From NCBI GenBank assembly GCA_045643965.1, contig JAZRGB010000042.1, positions 1-60,431 on the forward strand: DNA of 60,431 nucleotides, read 5' to 3'. This stretch comes from Candidatus Enterousia sp. (GTDB lineage: Bacteria > Pseudomonadota > Alphaproteobacteria > Rs-D84). The notes under the pieces are model-generated. The model had not been told where the DNA came from and searched no databases. It was given only the letters and a program-made list of their open reading frames with translations. The position numbers and the translations under genes are program-made. Shown one piece after another: positions 55,621 through 60,431 of the stretch. Each line of letters starts with the position of its first letter. Position 1 is the first letter of the stretch.

Positions 55621-57354
55621 TTACAACGGCATTTTAATTGCATCTTGCATCATTTGAACAAAATCGGACAGCGGTATTGTTTCCTGATTCTGTTGTCCCA
55701 AACGACGCAACGTAACCGTTTTGTCTGCCATTTCTTTTTCACCAACAACTGCAACGATTGGCGTTTTTGCCAATGACAATTCACGGATTTTATAGTTTAC
55801 TTTTTCATCACGCAAATCTGCACGCGTATTTACACCAACAGCACGCAACGCAGATACAACTTCATTTGCATATTCTGCATGCTTTTCAGAAATCGGTGCA
55901 ACCACCACAGGTTCTGGTGACAGCCACAGTGGCAAATGTCCACCTGTTGATTCTAACAATACACCCATAAAGCGTTCAATAGAACCCAACAATGCACGAT
56001 GCAACATAATTGGACGATGCTTTTCACCATCTTCGCCAACATAAGACAAATCGAATCGTTCTGGCAAATTCATATCCAACTGAACCGTACCACACTGCCA
56101 TACACGTCCCATTGAATCTTTCAGATAGTTATCAATTTTTGGACCATAGAACGCAGCATCACCTTCGGCGATTTCGTATTCAATACCATTTGTATCCAGT
56201 GCATGCTTTAATGCACCTTCGGCCTTGTCCCAGATTTCATCAGAACCGATACGGAATTCAGAATCTTTACGTGTTGCTAATTTCATAGATATATTATCAA
56301 ATCCAAACTTTGAATAAATATCTTTGATGAAACGCAAAATTTTAACTACTTCTTCTTCCAACTGTTCTTCTGTGCAGAAAATATGTGCGTCATCTTGGGT
56401 AAATTCACGTACACGCATCAAACCTGACAAACCACCAGCCGCTTCATAGCGATAAACCTTACCAAACTCGGCCATATACAATGGCAAATCTTTATAAGAA
56501 CGCAATCCATGACCAAACACTAACATACCGCCTGGGCAAGACATTGGTTTAATACAGAACGTTTTACCATCTTGGGTTTTACCAGAATAATTGTGTTCAC
56601 CATACTTTGCCCAATGTCCAGAACGTTCCCACAAACATCTGTCCATAACAGCAGGTGTACTAACTTCCATATAACCGGCTTGTTCTTGACGCATACGCAA
56701 ATATTCAATCAATTTACGATAAATTTTATAACCTTTATCATGCCAGAACACAGAACCTGGTGCATAATCTGGTTCAAAGTGGAACAAATCCATATCTTTA
56801 CCCAGTTTTCGGTTATCGCGTGCTGCTGCCTCTTCTTGCATTTTCAAGAACTGATCCAATTCTTCTTTACTTGCAAACGCATCAACATATATACGTTGCA
56901 ACATTTTATTTTTTGCATCACCCTTCCAATATGCACCTGCAACACTGCGGATTTTAAAAGAATCCCTTGGCAAATCTTTTGAAGATTCAACGTGTGGTCC
57001 ACGACACAAATCAACAAAATCACGGAAAGTATAAACAGACAATGCTGCACCCGCTGCATCATATTCGTTTAACCATTCCATTTTATATGGTTGATTTGCA
57101 AAGATTTCTTTTGCTTCATCAATTGATACGTTTTTTTGTTCAAAGCGACCATTAGATTTAATTAAATCACGCATTTCCTTTTCGATTTTTGCAAAATCTT
57201 CTTCGGAAAAACGATATTCAGTATCAAAGTCATAATAGAACCCATTTTCAATTGCTGGTCCCCCTGCGAATTTAACATCAGGATGTAACTTTTTTACTGC
57301 AGCTGCCATTACGTGTGCCAACGAATGACGAATTATTTCAATATCATACGACAT
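55621..57354 (-). CDS. thrS: threonine--tRNA ligase lacking the N-terminal TGS domain
   Basis: 577 aa. Starts directly at the editing-domain motif (IEIIRHSLAHVMAAAV). Class II core (FWH..G, CIKPMSCPG, MRVREFTQDDAHIF, GPKID) and an anticodon-binding C-terminus. Confidence 0.93.
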   Translation of the reverse strand: MSYDIEIIRHSLAHVMAAAVKKLHPDVKFAGGPAIENGFYYDFDTEYRFSEEDFAKIEKEMRDLIKSNGRFEQKNVSIDEAKEIFANQPYKMEWLNEYDAAGAALSVYTFRDFVDLCRGPHVESSKDLPRDSFKIRSVAGAYWKGDAKNKMLQRIYVDAFASKEELDQFLKMQEEAAARDNRKLGKDMDLFHFEPDYAPGSVFWHDKGYKIYRKLIEYLRMRQEQAGYMEVSTPAVMDRCLWERSGHWAKYGEHNYSGKTQDGKTFCIKPMSCPGGMLVFGHGLRSYKDLPLYMAEFGKVYRYEAAGGLSGLMRVREFTQDDAHIFCTEEQLEEEVVKILRFIKDIYSKFGFDNISMKLATRKDSEFRIGSDEIWDKAEGALKHALDTNGIEYEIAEGDAAFYGPKIDNYLKDSMGRVWQCGTVQLDMNLPERFDLSYVGEDGEKHRPIMLHRALLGSIERFMGVLLESTGGHLPLWLSPEPVVVAPISEKHAEYANEVVSALRAVGVNTRADLRDEKVNYKIRELSLAKTPIVAVVGEKEMADKTVTLRRLGQQNQETIPLSDFVQMMQDAIKMPL

Positions 57355-57396
57355 AATAAAATACCTTTTACTTTATTTATTTTTTTAAACTGATTT

Positions 57397-57425
57397 ATTA
57401 TAGAAATTTGTGCGATTTATCGCAA
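57397..57425 (-). promoter_or_regulatory. candidate sigma70 promoter for thrS
   Basis: The minus strand reads TTGCGA, 17 bp, TATAAT, ~40 nt upstream of the ATG. The -35 box lies within the small palindrome ttgcgataaatcgcaa. Confidence 0.45.
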
Positions 57426-57525
57426 TAGAAATTACACCCCCAACGGGGTTGTAGTAGTCGCTGTAAAGAACAAATTAAATAATTTCATGTCCATTATTCT
57501 ATTCCTAGACACAACAAAAGTCAAT

Positions 57526-57546
57526 AAAAAACCCGCCATACGGCGG
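57526..57546 (-). terminator. intrinsic terminator after hlyIII
   Basis: Hairpin ccgcc-atac-ggcgg. The minus strand is followed by tttttta. Confidence 0.75.
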
Positions 57547-57554
57547 ATTTATTA

Positions 57555-58292
57555 TTATTTATCTAAAATAGAACCAAACAAAACCGCAAAGAAGAAACAC
57601 ACACTACCACCAATTACAAACAAGTGCCATACCGCATGCGAAAACTTCATACGACGCCATAAATAGAATATAACACCAATGGTATAAGACAGACCGCCTG
57701 CCAAAATAAACCACAAACCACGTACAGGAATATTACGTATCATCGCAGGCAATATAAACAACAGTGTCCACCCCATCGCAACATACAGTGCAACCATCCA
57801 ACGTGGCTGTTGTTTTGGGTTACGGATTTTCATGTACGATCCAAACAACACAATCCCCCATAAAATGGCAAATACAACCCACCCAATTAACCCGCGCAAA
57901 TTTACCAACAAAAACGGTGTATATGTACCCGCAATCAGTGCATATATTGCAACACTGTCCCAAACTTCAAAGAAACATTCATGTTTTTTACCAATTGTCG
58001 CATGACACATTGTGGAACCAAAATAAAGCGTTATCATTGTCACACCAAAGATTGCACAAGATACAATCGCCCATGGGTCACCTGCCAACCCTGCAAACAC
58101 AACCAATAAAGTTAATGCAGCAATCGCAAGCCCAATTCCAATACCATGAGTTAAAATATTTACAACTTCTTCACCATGTGTTGATGGTTTTTCCCAACGA
58201 AACAACCCAGTTGCACGCAAAACCTTTAACAACTTTGACGCATGTACATCTTTTTTTACAGCCTTGATTCTGGCTCTTTTTGTCTGTGTCAT
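57555..58292 (-). CDS. hemolysin III / PAQR-family channel protein
   Basis: 245 aa with seven TM segments. Conserved N..TH, ..CH and HAVWH.FV motifs. ATGA overlap with gltX. Confidence 0.85.
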   Translation of the reverse strand: MTQTKRARIKAVKKDVHASKLLKVLRATGLFRWEKPSTHGEEVVNILTHGIGIGLAIAALTLLVVFAGLAGDPWAIVSCAIFGVTMITLYFGSTMCHATIGKKHECFFEVWDSVAIYALIAGTYTPFLLVNLRGLIGWVVFAILWGIVLFGSYMKIRNPKQQPRWMVALYVAMGWTLLFILPAMIRNIPVRGLWFILAGGLSYTIGVIFYLWRRMKFSHAVWHLFVIGGSVCFFFAVLFGSILDK

Positions 58293-59866
58293 TTTATTGC
58301 CCCCTCAATCCTTTGTTTTACACGTTCGCCACCCATAACTGTCATTATCGAATACAAGTCTGGGGTATTTGTACGACCAGATAACGCAACACGCAGATTC
58401 ATTGCCACATCACCATTTTTGATACCGCATTTTTCCGCAACCGCAACGATTTTTGCCCACCAAGCATCTTTATCATCTGCAGCATCATACGTTTCCAAGA
58501 ATGCACGTAATGCATCCGCATTAAATTCATATTCTGTACTTGGAATAAATAAGTCATCCCAGAAGAACGCAACATTTTCCAATGTCTGTGACCATGTAAT
58601 AAAGTCTTTGCGTACACGCTTTGGATTATCGCGTTCGATACCCAACACACCTGTCAGATATTGAACATCTGCAACCTGCATTTTGTTGACATCATTTCCA
58701 TATTCATTTGCCCATGTAACAACACGACTAACCAATTCAGGCACAGGCAGCGAACCAATAAATTCCTTGGCCCACCATTCCAGTTTTTTCATATCAAATA
58801 ACGCACCAGACATAGGAATCTTTTTTGCACGCATTTCATAATCCCAGAACGATTTAACCTGCCCCTTCATTTTTGCTTCTTCATAACCAGATGCAGCAAT
58901 ATTTCCCAAATATTCAATCACAGACTCAACAGGCCAACCCGCTTGTAAAAAGAAAGCAACATTCGCCTCTGGGTCTTTGCGTTTAGATAATTTTCTTTGC
59001 TTACCTGTTTCTTCATCAATTTTATCAATCGTAGAGGTATGAATATACAGCGGCGAATTCCAACCCATCATTTTAAATAATTGAGCATGTAAAGGCAACG
59101 AAGGCAACCATTCCTCACCGCGAATAACATGCGTTGTACGCATAAAATGATCGTCACATAAATGCGCAAAATGATATGTTGGCAAACCATCATTTGATTT
59201 TATCAAAACAATATCTTCATTGTTTTCTGGGAAACCAATTGAACCACGCACTGCATCTTTACAGAAAATACGCTGTTCTGGATTACCCATTGAATACAAA
59301 CGGATCGATGGTACCAATCCTTTATCTAAATATGCAATTATTTCTTCTTCGCTCAAATCACGATCACGTGCAAATTCACCATAAATACCAGTTGCGAAAC
59401 CTGCTGCCTTTTGATTTTCACGAATTTGTTCCATATCATCTGCACTTAAAAAACAAGGATACGCACGACCAGAAGCCAACAGCTCTGCAACAACAGAACG
59501 ATATATATCCTTACGTTGTGATTGATAGTATGGACCATAAACAGAATCATTATTATAATTCAATCCAAAACAATTCATAGATTCTTCAATAATTTTTACA
59601 GCATCCTCGACTTCACGTTTTGTATCTGTATCTTCGATACGCAACATAAAAACACCGTCAGATTGTTGTGCCAATTTACAATCTATCAATGCACCATACA
59701 AGCCACCAATATGCATATACCCTGTTGGACTTGGTGCAAACCTTGTCACAAATGCACCATCTGGCAAATTACGTGCTGGGAATTTTGCTTCTAATTCATC
59801 CAATGTATATTTTGGTGCCCCACCCAATACGCGTGCAATTAAATCTTTTGATAAACCATTTCTCAT
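58289..59866 (-). CDS. gltX: glutamate--tRNA ligase
   Basis: 525 aa. Class I HIGH (PSPTGYMHIGG) and a KMSKS variant (KLSKRK). Confidence 0.9.
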   Translation of the reverse strand: MRNGLSKDLIARVLGGAPKYTLDELEAKFPARNLPDGAFVTRFAPSPTGYMHIGGLYGALIDCKLAQQSDGVFMLRIEDTDTKREVEDAVKIIEESMNCFGLNYNNDSVYGPYYQSQRKDIYRSVVAELLASGRAYPCFLSADDMEQIRENQKAAGFATGIYGEFARDRDLSEEEIIAYLDKGLVPSIRLYSMGNPEQRIFCKDAVRGSIGFPENNEDIVLIKSNDGLPTYHFAHLCDDHFMRTTHVIRGEEWLPSLPLHAQLFKMMGWNSPLYIHTSTIDKIDEETGKQRKLSKRKDPEANVAFFLQAGWPVESVIEYLGNIAASGYEEAKMKGQVKSFWDYEMRAKKIPMSGALFDMKKLEWWAKEFIGSLPVPELVSRVVTWANEYGNDVNKMQVADVQYLTGVLGIERDNPKRVRKDFITWSQTLENVAFFWDDLFIPSTEYEFNADALRAFLETYDAADDKDAWWAKIVAVAEKCGIKNGDVAMNLRVALSGRTNTPDLYSIMTVMGGERVKQRIEGAIK

Positions 59867-59912
59867 TTATATATTCCTTGTGTTTTTAACAATGCAATTC
59901 TATACTAAATAT

Positions 59913-60431
59913 ATGGAAAAACAAGAAATAAGAACATTTGGTCGCCGTCATGGCAAAAAATTATCTGCACGTCAACAAACTTTGATTGACGAAGTATTAC
60001 CTATACTTGTGCCCGAAAATGGCGACATACTGGAAATTGGATTTGGTGCTGGCGAACATGTACGCGACTTGGCATTGGCACATCCAAACAAAACCATCAT
60101 TGGTGCAGAACCATTTATGAACGGCGTGGCCAGTTTGTTGTCCGCCATCACTGAACAAAATTCGAATCGGGTTTTGGACGAATATAACAACATCCGCATC
60201 TGGGCAGATGACGTTCGCGATTTCTTGCGTAATACAAAATCAAAATTCGAACAAATTTGGGTGCTACACCCAGACCCATGGCCCAAGGTACGTCATGAAA
60301 AACGTCGCTTGTTATCTGCGGAATTTTTAAACACATTATCAAAATATTTATTACCAGATGGCGAAATTATTATTGGCACAGATCACTGGGAATACTTTGA
60401 TTGGATACTGGAACAATTAAAACAAACAAAT
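59913..60431 (+). CDS. trmB: tRNA (guanine46-N7)-methyltransferase TrmB, 5' part (runs off the window end)
   Basis: Not in the track because it has no stop in the window. Hand translation from the ATG at 59913 is open for 173 codons. Motifs LEIGFGAGEH and HPDPWPKVRHEKRR. Confidence 0.85.
   Translation, partial: MEKQEIRTFGRRHGKKLSARQQTLIDEVLPILVPENGDILEIGFGAGEHVRDLALAHPNKTIIGAEPFMNGVASLLSAITEQNSNRVLDEYNNIRIWADDVRDFLRNTKSKFEQIWVLHPDPWPKVRHEKRRLLSAEFLNTLSKYLLPDGEIIIGTDHWEYFDWILEQLKQTN

Noticed and set aside
57355-57554. Possible T-box, attenuator or operator structure in the thrS leader
   Set aside because: Only short hairpins are present (ttgcgataaatcgcaa, cccc-N-gggg). There is no specifier or antiterminator architecture. 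The palindrome coincides with a plausible -35 box.

Overview
AT-rich Gram-negative chromosomal window, densely packed with housekeeping genes. From gene content I infer a reduced-genome, probably host-associated alphaproteobacterium-like organism. Recognisable genes: pal, ftsEX, plsC, ppiB, tolB, fba, efp, ppa, dnaN, asmA-like, rluC, uvrC, pgsA, dnaJ, parE, sufBC, ruvX, gatCAB, miaB, tatA and tatBC, lolA, nrnA-like, recJ, ftsL-ftsI, sufS-DUF59-sufE, trxA, dksA, thrS, hlyIII, gltX, trmB, plus tRNA-Phe(GAA) and tRNA-Lys(CUU). I saw no rRNA, CRISPR array, transposase or integrase. Nearly every convergent gene pair is separated by a short GC hairpin with A/T runs (intrinsic terminators). Non-housekeeping content, in my order of interest: (1) a nuclease / 723-aa LRR-like repeat protein / cyclophilin gene string; (2) a ~105-bp palindromic MITE/REP-like element in 3 copies with compensatory stem changes; (3) an orphan type-IVb-pilus-like lipoprotein secretin plus TcpQ-like partner with no ATPase or platform genes, and a lone pilin inside a housekeeping operon; (4) a BrnA/CopG-like RHH gene plus DinD-like gene behind a consensus promoter with operator-like palindromes, next to a VirB2/TrbC-like mini-protein; (5) a gatCAB operon interrupted by a Cys-rich ORF and an antisense tRNA; (6) a sufBC operon with no adjacent sufD. 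All functional calls come from by-eye motif recognition and recalled family signatures; no searches were run.
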